Positions 49,865 through 58,441 of a stretch of DNA of 64,000 nucleotides are shown here, piece by piece (position 1 is the first letter of the stretch; every line of letters begins with the position of its first letter). The notes under the pieces were generated by a model. The model searched no databases. It was not told the DNA's origin and saw only the letters and a list, made by a program, of their open reading frames with translations. The position numbers and the translations under genes were made by a program. This DNA is from an uncultured Bacteroidales bacterium (GTDB taxonomy: Bacteria; Bacteroidota; Bacteroidia; Bacteroidales; UBA932), in contig CAMVMG010000003.1 of the NCBI GenBank assembly GCA_947168525.1, positions 93,823-157,822 on the forward strand, in the 5' to 3' direction.

Positions 49865-52324
49865 TTAATTCGCCGATAGGGTCACATCAGCGGCCGGCAT
49901 GGTAAGGGTATAGGAACCGTTTCCGTTGTTTGTCAAGGTAACGGGGTTACTCGCACCATCGACGGCGCTGTAGGAAGAGCCGCCGGACAGGGTCAGGGTG
50001 ACAGCCTTGCCGGAGACAAAGTACTTGACACCACCGTGCTCCAGATCTTCTGCCGTGGAAGGCGTTACGGTTACGCCACCGGCGCCGACAATCTTGTAAG
50101 CACCCTTAGCGCCCTCCTGGTCAACGCCGTTCACGCCGCCTGAGATCGAAGCGGATGTCGTATAGTAATTGGAGACATAATTGAACTGACCATACGTGTC
50201 GTTGTGCAGGCCGCCTGCTATTCCTCCCTTATAAGAGGTTGCGGAAACCGCTCCCAGATTGAGGTTGTTTTCAAGATTGTTCTTGGACGGTCCTGCACCG
50301 CTGATTTCCGCATAGTCATACGTGGTTCCATTCAATTGTCCGGCGATGCCGCCCACATAGTTGACCCCGGTAACAGAACTCTCATTTACGCAAGAGAGGA
50401 TCCGGATAATGGCATTCTTATGCCCCACGGAAGTTGCTCCGATGATACCGCCGACACAATTCTTTGCCGATTGCACCGTGCCGTGATTCTCACATACGGT
50501 AATTGTTATGTAAGTATCATGATTGTCCGTAGAGTTATTAGTTAAGGAGGCCCAGCCTATGATGCCACCGACATAATTGTCAACGGCCTCTACGGCTCCA
50601 TTATTAATGCAGCCGGATATGATCGTCTCGCTTCCTTGATGATCGTTCCATCCGACTATACCACCCGTAAAACTGCCATATAAGTCCTCGTACTTTGAAG
50701 AGTTGTGGTTAAACCATCCTTTACCATTACTCTTTACCTTCCCGTGATTGGTGCAATTGATAATCCCCATTGCTCCGGTGGCTTGGCCGACAATACCGCC
50801 TACGCGCGTTCTTCCTGTCACATCACCATAGTTTATGCAGGAGGTGATTGCATCCATGGCGGAGTTCTGGGTTTGCGATGTGATACCTCCGGCTCTTTCC
50901 GTTCCAGTAACCGTTCCGTAATTGGTGCAATTCACTAGTTTAGGACCACAAAGACTGACGATTCCGCCGGCATTGCCTCCATTGGCTTTCTCAGCAGTTA
51001 CAGTGCCGTGAAAAGTACATCCACTTATTGAAACATTATTATTTGATGCATTGCCGATGATGCCGCCAACACTTGTTTGCCCAGTGACGCTCCCGGTCAC
51101 GTGACAATTAGTAAACGCACCTTCAGCGTAACCGGCTATCCCACCTGTTTTATTATTATTGTTTGATGAGATGGTACAATCGGCTAGCGTGAGGTCATAG
51201 ACAGAAGTTGCAGTTCCGGATATATAGCCAAACAGGCCTGTGTAATTTGCAGAACTGCTTTCCGTAGTAATCTTCAGGTTGGAGATGGTCTTGTGATTAC
51301 CGTTGAAACTCCCTTTGAAAGGAAGCGTAGCACTTAGGCCAATGGGCTGGAAATTATCTATTTCAGAAAGGTCTAGATTACTGTTCAATGTTACAGTCTG
51401 ACCCTCATAAGTCTTGCCGATACTCACTTCATTGGACAACTGTACCAAATCAGATACAGTGTTGATTTCTGTGATGAAGTTTGCATCCAACGGCGTCATC
51501 GTCAAGGTCGAAGTATAATACTTCCCAGCCTGAAGATTTCCTTTCTTTACGCAACTCAGTTTTCTTGAATTGTCAGTGACACATTTGATTACATAGTTAT
51601 TATCACGATTCATAGAACTGACGGCCACCCATATTTCATTAGTAGCTGTTGCAGGAGTAATGGTTATCTGCCCTACAAAAGCCAGGCTACCGCTTGTATA
51701 GTTCTTAATGTAGTCTGCGGCAATCGTGACACTTGTCACGTTGATGTCGCCATTCGCATCCTTGAACTTCATTTTCCAGATGGCCTGGCAGTTATTGAAG
51801 GCAGCATTGGTAGTAGTGATCACTTTCGTATCCGTGTTCAACTCCGTAATCTCCACCTCGGCAAAGGAGAAATTGCAATGATCGGAGATATACTGCAGCG
51901 TTCCGTCCTGACCCCGATAATCAGTATTGTAATCCGGATAGGATAGACGCAACTTCGAACCTACGGAGAGACCTTCGACGGAAGTTAAAGAGCCGGAGAA
52001 AGTAGTATGCTCACCGCCCGTCTCAGCTGAGAGCGTCCCAATGTTGGCAACAAGCGAGAGTTGCCCGTTATCCAGATACTTATGGACAACGACCTCATCG
52101 TTTTGCGTCCATTCCGACTTAATTGTGCCGTTCGGGTTCATCGACAAAGCTTTGGTAACGGCGTCATTCTTTTCACCGGCCTCTACCTTCAGCGTCCAGA
52201 CTTCTTCCTCTTCTTTTGTTTCCCGCGTTTCTTCCTTACTATCCAGTTCCATTTGAGAGCAAGAAAGCAGTCCCAGGCTCAGACCCAATATAATGGGCAA
52301 TAAGTGCTTAACATTCTTTCTCAT
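49865..52324 (-). CDS. Surface lipoprotein/adhesin: fimbrillin-like N-terminus, GLUG-type beta-helix repeats, C-terminal B-repeat-like domain
   Basis: Lipobox GLLSC; TKA…SEWTQND; LQAGKYYTSTLTM; many GGI(V/I/A)G repeats; AGGAGG ribosome-binding site. Confidence 0.82.
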   Translation of the reverse strand: MRKNVKHLLPIILGLSLGLLSCSQMELDSKEETRETKEEEEVWTLKVEAGEKNDAVTKALSMNPNGTIKSEWTQNDEVVVHKYLDNGQLSLVANIGTLSAETGGEHTTFSGSLTSVEGLSVGSKLRLSYPDYNTDYRGQDGTLQYISDHCNFSFAEVEITELNTDTKVITTTNAAFNNCQAIWKMKFKDANGDINVTSVTIAADYIKNYTSGSLAFVGQITITPATATNEIWVAVSSMNRDNNYVIKCVTDNSRKLSCVKKGNLQAGKYYTSTLTMTPLDANFITEINTVSDLVQLSNEVSIGKTYEGQTVTLNSNLDLSEIDNFQPIGLSATLPFKGSFNGNHKTISNLKITTESSSANYTGLFGYISGTATSVYDLTLADCTISSNNNNKTGGIAGYAEGAFTNCHVTGSVTGQTSVGGIIGNASNNNVSISGCTFHGTVTAEKANGGNAGGIVSLCGPKLVNCTNYGTVTGTERAGGITSQTQNSAMDAITSCINYGDVTGRTRVGGIVGQATGAMGIINCTNHGKVKSNGKGWFNHNSSKYEDLYGSFTGGIVGWNDHQGSETIISGCINNGAVEAVDNYVGGIIGWASLTNNSTDNHDTYITITVCENHGTVQSAKNCVGGIIGATSVGHKNAIIRILSCVNESSVTGVNYVGGIAGQLNGTTYDYAEISGAGPSKNNLENNLNLGAVSATSYKGGIAGGLHNDTYGQFNYVSNYYTTSASISGGVNGVDQEGAKGAYKIVGAGGVTVTPSTAEDLEHGGVKYFVSGKAVTLTLSGGSSYSAVDGASNPVTLTNNGNGSYTLTMPAADVTLSAN

Positions 52325-52335
52325 AAGGCATCCTC

Positions 52336-52461
52336 CTAAAACTCTTCAGGTCCATCATACTGTGGTGCATCACCAGAGACAACGAGGATGGCTCCCTCGG
52401 CCTTTACCTCTACAACCGTCGTTGCAGGGGCTTCATACAAATCGTGCTTAATTGTTTCCAT
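52336..52461 (-). CDS. 41-aa YxAP micropeptide (not in ORF track)
   Basis: METIKHDLYEAPATTVVEVKAEGAILVVSGDAPQYDGPEEF*; its stop codon abuts the AGGAGG of the adhesin gene; TATCTTTG promoter upstream. Confidence 0.78.
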   Translation of the reverse strand: METIKHDLYEAPATTVVEVKAEGAILVVSGDAPQYDGPEEF

Positions 52462-52505
52462 TTTGCTTCATGGTTCTACGAACAGAAGCACAAAGATACT
52501 AAAAA

Positions 52506-52522
52506 GTATGTTATTAACATAC
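52506..52522. promoter_or_regulatory. Perfect palindrome GTATGTTA-T-TAACATAC, candidate operator
   Basis: Lies just upstream of the TATCTTTG box that drives the peptide-adhesin unit. Confidence 0.5.
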
Positions 52523-52581
52523 CAAACAGTATGCAAATGGAGAAAAAAAGTGCGTTTCTTTGTAAAAGCGAAAAACTCTTC

Positions 52582-55473
52582 TCAAAACAGCATATTCCAC
52601 GCCGCCTGCTGCGCCCTTGCACTGTGGGCTGCATTCATCTTACCGAAGTTCCACTTCACCCCGAAGAGAATGTATCGGCCCATACACAGGCGATAGCTGT
52701 CCTCCTCATAGTTGGCAGTGACCGTGTGCGTCAGTCTCCGCGTCTGGTTCAAGATGTCGTAAACCTTGACACTTAGGTTGAATGCGCCGATATTCTTTGA
52801 AACCGCAGCATACCACCGCCATTCCGGTTTCCCATATCCTGCTGCATACCCCTTGTAAAAGACATAGCTGATGTCGGAATTAAACTCAAACTCATGCTTG
52901 GTGGTATATGAGCCACGGGCCGTAATCTTTGTGTCCAGGGTATTCATATTGATGCTGGGGTCAAGCGAGTACCGGGCGATGCGTCCCTGCGTGTTGGCCT
53001 CCAGGCTGATGAAATAATGATCCTGATTGTACTTCACGGTGAATCCTGCGTAGGGATTGAAGGAACGAGTCCTGCTCTCCCCGAATCCGCTGAGCCCGCC
53101 ATAGAAGCGGTCTCCGTCCGCATTCCCCCAGAAATCGTCCATAAAGGCTGAATAATCGAAGCTGTTTTTGTCCAAACCGGGCAGCGTCGTTTTAGCCTGG
53201 TAGCTGACGGAAGAAGTATACGCCAGAACACCATTCAAAGTGAGGGTCCAGTTTTTCTTTGCGTCCAGCGGCGTGGTATAATTCGCCGTCAGGCTGGCCG
53301 ACACACTCGGCTTCCGTGAATTGACCGGGATAGAATAAAGGATGCCATCCGTATCGTACCAGCGGGCAAAACTAATGGGCGATGTATTCAGCCGGCCGTC
53401 CACATAGACCATCAGCGTGGAAAAACGCTCCTTATTGTCCCTTTTCCAGTTGCCGCCGAAATTCGTCGTCGTATATGGCTTCAGGAACACGTTGCCTAGA
53501 CTCAATCGGGAAGGATCACTGATGTTCAGCACGGGCAGCATCCGGGATGAATTGGGGCGCTGTCCATATCCGGAGGCATAGAGCGAAAAACGGTCGTTGC
53601 CATTGCTGTACTGGAAACGCATGTTCGGTGTGACAAACCAATTCCATTCACCCTTTCCGCTATAGTCTTCTATGCCGAAACTCTTGGAGTACGTCTCGTT
53701 CACGATACCCGAGACCCGCCCGCCGAACGTAAACCAACTGTCCTCCCCAAACTTGTATTGGGCTGTCACGTCATATAGTTGAATCAGATAATGGTTGTTG
53801 CTCACGGAACTGTAGTAATCGTTCCTGCCGTTTGCGTCAAACGCATCGCGGTTGTTATTATACTTGGCCCAGTTCAGTTCGGCCTTAGCAGAAAGTGTCC
53901 ATTTCTCGCCGATGGGTTCCGTATATTGAGCAGATCCGCCAAAACCATACGACTTGCTGTCCAACAGATAACGCATAGCATGTGATGTCATTCCTCCTGC
54001 TGTTTTCAGGATGGACGATTCTTCGCTCTCCTCATCTGTGCCACCATAATTGCCATTGAAATCAAAGCGCAGGTTCCTGTTCTTCTTTCCACCCAACTCC
54101 CGGAAAGTAACATCGGCTCTAAGCCCGGTATTATTGCTCGAGGAAAATCTGTGGGAAGTATTATCCGAACTGTTCACGAATGTTCCAGTCCGGTAGGTCT
54201 CCGAGGCCCCAGTTCCCGTCTCATCAATCTTGTTAAAGCGGAAGGAGGGGGTGAAATGGAACCACACCTTTCCTTTCTCCTTCTTGAATTCTACGTTGGT
54301 ATTGAGGGCATTGGCAAACTGCTTGCCGCTGTTTGCCGTTGATGAGTTCAGGTTGCCGTCATCCTGGAAGGTTGTCCTTTCCGTCTGGGAACCGGAATCT
54401 GTGTCCGTGTATTTGTAATTCGCACTGACCGTGGTCTCCACATCCTTGATCCGGGACGTGTTGTAATTCACGCCCGCCTGGGCTGCCGTCGAGAGTCCCT
54501 GGTCCAAGGATGAACGTTCTCCCTCGTCGTCAACGATAATCATCACGACATTCGAATCATCGACATTCTGCCCGTTGGCAATCACCGTCAACTGATCCTT
54601 CTCCGTATAAGCCGACACAAGCGCATTTCCGCCCCAGAGCAATCCCCGGTTATCCTGGAGCGGATTGTCACCATCCTGCCCGCCGATCGTGGTGCCACCC
54701 TTGACGCCGATGTTGCCGAACCAGCCTTTCTCATACTCTTTCTTCAGCGCCACATCCAGCACCTTCTCCCTGCTGCCGTCCTGGATGCCGGAGGCCCGGG
54801 TGGCTTCCGACTCACGGTCGATGACGCGAATCTTGTCCACCACGGCTGCCGGCAGGTTGTTCAAGGCCGTGCTCTGGTCACCGAAGAAGAAGGTGCGTCC
54901 GCCCACGGTGAGTTTGTCGATTTCTTCACCATTGAACTTCACCGTTCCATCATCGGTGATTTCCATACCCGGCATTCGCTGGAGCAAATCCTTCAGCATC
55001 GCATTGGCCCCGACCCGGAAGGAAGAAGCATTGAACTCGACCGTGTCTTTCTTGATGACGATTGGATTACCCACATCAGTGACCACTGCAGCCTGCAGGA
55101 ACTGCTCGTCCACCTGTAGCCGGATGGTGCCCAGGTCCACCTTTTCCTCACGGAAGAAGCGCTCCAGCACAACCGGCTTGTATCCCATCATCTCCACGTG
55201 AAAAGCATAACTGCCGAAGGGTACTTCGTCCAGCTTGGCTTCACCATTGGCGTCCGTCAGGGTAAAATTGGTAATCGTGGTGTCCTTGGCCGGAATGACA
55301 TAGACCGATGCATACGAGATCGGCTCATTGGTCAGAGAATCCAGAACCGTGGTTTTGATCTCGCTCATCCGCTCCTTGAACATGTTTTCGTTGACAATGT
55401 AAACCTGCGCATTAGCTACAAATCCGACACACAAGGACATAGTGAGGGCTGACAAGAATCTTCTCATCATCAT
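52582..55473 (-). CDS. Outer-membrane beta-barrel protein with carboxypeptidase-regulatory-like and plug domains
   Basis: Signal peptide; VLDSLTNEPISYASV; DTVEFNASSF…DLLQRMPGM plug; beta-strands; C-terminal YILFGVKWNF. Confidence 0.88.
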   Translation of the reverse strand: MMMRRFLSALTMSLCVGFVANAQVYIVNENMFKERMSEIKTTVLDSLTNEPISYASVYVIPAKDTTITNFTLTDANGEAKLDEVPFGSYAFHVEMMGYKPVVLERFFREEKVDLGTIRLQVDEQFLQAAVVTDVGNPIVIKKDTVEFNASSFRVGANAMLKDLLQRMPGMEITDDGTVKFNGEEIDKLTVGGRTFFFGDQSTALNNLPAAVVDKIRVIDRESEATRASGIQDGSREKVLDVALKKEYEKGWFGNIGVKGGTTIGGQDGDNPLQDNRGLLWGGNALVSAYTEKDQLTVIANGQNVDDSNVVMIIVDDEGERSSLDQGLSTAAQAGVNYNTSRIKDVETTVSANYKYTDTDSGSQTERTTFQDDGNLNSSTANSGKQFANALNTNVEFKKEKGKVWFHFTPSFRFNKIDETGTGASETYRTGTFVNSSDNTSHRFSSSNNTGLRADVTFRELGGKKNRNLRFDFNGNYGGTDEESEESSILKTAGGMTSHAMRYLLDSKSYGFGGSAQYTEPIGEKWTLSAKAELNWAKYNNNRDAFDANGRNDYYSSVSNNHYLIQLYDVTAQYKFGEDSWFTFGGRVSGIVNETYSKSFGIEDYSGKGEWNWFVTPNMRFQYSNGNDRFSLYASGYGQRPNSSRMLPVLNISDPSRLSLGNVFLKPYTTTNFGGNWKRDNKERFSTLMVYVDGRLNTSPISFARWYDTDGILYSIPVNSRKPSVSASLTANYTTPLDAKKNWTLTLNGVLAYTSSVSYQAKTTLPGLDKNSFDYSAFMDDFWGNADGDRFYGGLSGFGESRTRSFNPYAGFTVKYNQDHYFISLEANTQGRIARYSLDPSINMNTLDTKITARGSYTTKHEFEFNSDISYVFYKGYAAGYGKPEWRWYAAVSKNIGAFNLSVKVYDILNQTRRLTHTVTANYEEDSYRLCMGRYILFGVKWNFGKMNAAHSARAQQAAWNMLF

Positions 55474-55499
55474 AACAGTCTTATTTTAAGGAAATTACT

Positions 55500-56093
55500 T
55501 TATTTTGTATCTATCGAATACGCTCGTCCGTTAATCGTGATTGTCGTGACCGCACGGCCATTGATGGTGATTTTCCCGTCATCATCGACCGTCACCCCGG
55601 GAAGATTCTTCAGGACCTCCGCCCAGTTTGTTTTATCCTTTTTCGTGGTAATGTTCATGACAACTACGTTCTCGCCATATTTCTTCTGCTCCGGTGAGCC
55701 ATCCTTGACCACGGTAATGTTTTCAATATCGAAAGGAGAAATGGAGTTGAAGGCCGAAGCATCTTCGTACGGCACACCATCGATGATATAGATAATCTTC
55801 CGGTGTGTGGACTTGATGACAATCGACGAATCAATGGGAGTCAAAGGCTTCAAGGGAGTGAATGACCCCGTGACAGAAAACACCGAGGGCGATGTGGTAA
55901 TGGCGTGGACCGTAATGGCATTGCGCCCAGAACCTTTCGTTGTGATTTTGTAGTCCCTGACGGTTCTGTCCTTGAGCTGGGAGCCGTCAAAATTCTCCAC
56001 GGTTTCATTGTCGATAATATAAATGGTCTGCTGGGCAGACAGCGTCCATGCGCCGACAAACAGGCAGATGGAAAGAAGGATTATCTTTTTCAT
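55500..56093 (-). CDS. Small secreted protein made of TonB-receptor plug-like segments
   Basis: Signal peptide; IIYIIDGVP…ISPFDIENITVVKD; LKNLPGVTVDDDGKITING. Confidence 0.7.
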   Translation of the reverse strand: MKKIILLSICLFVGAWTLSAQQTIYIIDNETVENFDGSQLKDRTVRDYKITTKGSGRNAITVHAITTSPSVFSVTGSFTPLKPLTPIDSSIVIKSTHRKIIYIIDGVPYEDASAFNSISPFDIENITVVKDGSPEQKKYGENVVVMNITTKKDKTNWAEVLKNLPGVTVDDDGKITINGRAVTTITINGRAYSIDTK

Positions 56094-56104
56094 GGGTGAT
56101 CTTC

Positions 56105-56626
56105 TTACTTGTTCAATGCAACGAGATTAAAGGATTTGCCCCCATCCAGCGGTGTGAGGATGTATGAGGCAGTCTGCCCATCGGGGAAATGGGCGGTCAT
56201 CACAAACCCGTCCCCAACAGGTTTGAATTCCAGGTTCTCGGCTTCCGCCGGATTGAAGTTGGATAAAAAAGCTATCTGCTGAATCAATTTAGTATAGTCA
56301 TTCTGCGGCGTAGCCGGGATGCCGGGACGGTCAGGCTGGCCCGTAAACAATACTACAGCGGTAATGGCTGCGGCCACACCGGCCAGCGAAAGGCCCCAAG
56401 TGAAGAAAGGCCGCACCTTTGCAGGTTTCACCATCCGGTCATACTCAGCGCCGGCTTCCGGCAGTTCAGAGAGTTCGATGGGCCTGACAGAGAGCATCAT
56501 CTTATATACCGCCATCTCTTCCTCATCGGCAGGAGGCGTAGTGGCAAAGGAGGCGGCAAGCTCCTGTTCCTGTTCGCAGGTCGTTTCTGCGTCCAGATAC
56601 AATCTTATCAAGTCTTTCCGGTCCAT
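56105..56626 (-). CDS. Probable anti-sigma factor (single TM)
   Basis: LIRLYLDAETTCEQEQEL N-terminus and a central TM; directly downstream of the ECF sigma gene. Confidence 0.7.
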   Translation of the reverse strand: MDRKDLIRLYLDAETTCEQEQELAASFATTPPADEEEMAVYKMMLSVRPIELSELPEAGAEYDRMVKPAKVRPFFTWGLSLAGVAAAITAVVLFTGQPDRPGIPATPQNDYTKLIQQIAFLSNFNPAEAENLEFKPVGDGFVMTAHFPDGQTASYILTPLDGGKSFNLVALNK

Positions 56627-56630
56627 TGTA

Positions 56631-57122
56631 TTACTTCGTGTTAAAGGTTTTCATCAATTCTTGTCGCGCGGCTGAAATGGAACTTTTCACCCCGCCTTTC
56701 GTCCTTCCGGTTATGGCGGCAATCTCATCCAGGGAAAGCCCGGTGGCGCGCAATTGCAGCAATCGCCTTGTCCCGGCAGGAAGTCGTTCCAGCGCCTTGT
56801 CGGCCATCCTTTCGGCCTCCGACTGTTCAATCAGCGTGGAAGCATCCTTGCCATCCGACAACCATTCCGGATACACTCCACTTCTCACGGGACCCTTCTT
56901 GCGCCATAGCGAAATGCAACTATTCTTAGTAGTAGATACAGCCCAGGCCTCTGCACTGCGAATCTGTACACCGTCACGTCTTGCCACCCAAAGCCGCAGC
57001 AGCACGTCCTGCACTACATCCTCCGGATCACCGTCCAGCCGGGATGCACGGAAAAACTTCAGTGCCGTCGCCAGAACTTTGGGCCTTATCTCTGTGAGTT
57101 CTATTTCAAGCGTTTTATCCAT
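56631..57122 (-). CDS. ECF RNA polymerase sigma factor
   Basis: EDVVQDVLLRLW (region 2); GLSLDEIAAITGRTKGGVKS (region 4). Confidence 0.92.
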   Translation of the reverse strand: MDKTLEIELTEIRPKVLATALKFFRASRLDGDPEDVVQDVLLRLWVARRDGVQIRSAEAWAVSTTKNSCISLWRKKGPVRSGVYPEWLSDGKDASTLIEQSEAERMADKALERLPAGTRRLLQLRATGLSLDEIAAITGRTKGGVKSSISAARQELMKTFNTK

Positions 57123-57134
57123 ACTTCACAGACA

Positions 57135-57159
57135 TAGACGCAAAAACCGCAAAAAGTCA
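57135..57159 (-). promoter_or_regulatory. Candidate ECF-type autoregulatory promoter
   Basis: Minus strand TGACTT…CGTCTA just upstream of the sigma ATG. Confidence 0.45.
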
Positions 57160-57256
57160 AGTAAATTTAGCAACTTTTTCTCATCCGGGCCTGGCAGGTC
57201 GATTCCCTATTTATCGGCACAATCCTTGTCTATAATCCAGTCAAAAACGAAAGAAT

Positions 57257-57947
57257 ATGCGAATCAAACAATTGCTGCTGGCCCTTTTCCTATTGCCTAT
57301 TTCCCTCTTCGGGCAGGGAAACGTTACCGTCAAGGGCCGATGATCTTGTCATCGTGCTGCACGAAAATGAACTGCCTCCGGCCGTGTTCATCGGCGGAAA
57401 CACCAAGGAGAAATACCTTCTCAAACCGGGGACCAAAATATTGGGGAATAAGGGAATCATTGAATTCGTTGCCAAATCTGGCAGCACCAAAGGAGTGGAG
57501 ATTGGTTCTGTGGCGAAGACCAAAAAGCCTTTCCTGGTCAAAGATATCCAATTCGGCATTTACAGAAACACCATTCCCGACTGCGTCGTGTCTGTCAACA
57601 TTTACCGTATCGAAGAAAAGGACAAGGACTTCATCAATGTCCTCCGCTCCCCTATCTATGTGAATGTGGCCGAGTCTTCCGAGCCGAAGAATTTCCATAT
57701 GAGCCCGGAAGAAACCGTCCTTCTGGAGCCTGGTAAATACTTCATTTCCTTCCAGATAGTGGACTGCGACGAAGAATCCCTTCAAGCGTATCTGTCCACC
57801 CCGGAAACTGAGCGGGACCATTCAAAGATGCGCTTGTCTTCCAATATCTATCTCAAAAGCAGTTATATCCGTAAAGCCGCCCTGGGCAAGATGGAACACA
57901 TGCCCGTCAACATCGGCATGGTGGTGAAAGGACTGGAATACCAGTAG
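57257..57947 (+). pseudogene. Frameshifted secreted protein gene (probable internal deletion of a carboxypeptidase-regulatory-like domain)
   Basis: ATG 57257 gives MRIKQLLLALFLLPISLFGQGNVTVKGR*. The body (ADDLVIVLHENELPPAVF…KGLEYQ*) continues in another frame from about 57337. Confidence 0.7.
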
Positions 57948-57978
57948 GATTTTGGGCCGATAAACAGGTCTCTAGCTA

Positions 57979-58389
57979 TTACTTCCTTCTCACAAAGTGC
58001 CGATAATCAGAGCCCCAGGTTCCCGCAGAATAGGTTGTGCCCTCCTTCTGCCATTCCATCTCTTTGGATGTCAGCTTCACCACCTTATAGGTTACATTGC
58101 TGAAGTCCGACATCGCCGGATTGATGGTAATGGTTCCTTTGTTAATCAGGTCGATGGCATACGTGCCGCTATAGTCGTGTGATTCACCGCTAAGGGCATC
58201 ATCCACGTGTAGCTGGTAATGGCCATTCCCATCAAATGTGTACGTCACAGAACCATCCATTGCAAACACCTCCGGATCGTACTGCTCACTCCAGGTTCCT
58301 TCCAACTTGTTCACATCGATCTTCTCACAACCGCTCAGCCCTGTCACCAGCAGCGCTACGCAAAGAACATTTCTCAATATCTTCATCAT
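57979..58389 (-). CDS. Small lipoprotein (lipocalin-like)
   Basis: Lipobox GLSGC; LEGTWSE; YKVVKLTSKEMEW. Confidence 0.7.
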   Translation of the reverse strand: MMKILRNVLCVALLVTGLSGCEKIDVNKLEGTWSEQYDPEVFAMDGSVTYTFDGNGHYQLHVDDALSGESHDYSGTYAIDLINKGTITINPAMSDFSNVTYKVVKLTSKEMEWQKEGTTYSAGTWGSDYRHFVRRK

Positions 58390-58441
58390 TGTTTACGTTT
58401 TCTTATTAAACGCACAAAAAGCCGAAATACTGCTTCAAAAT

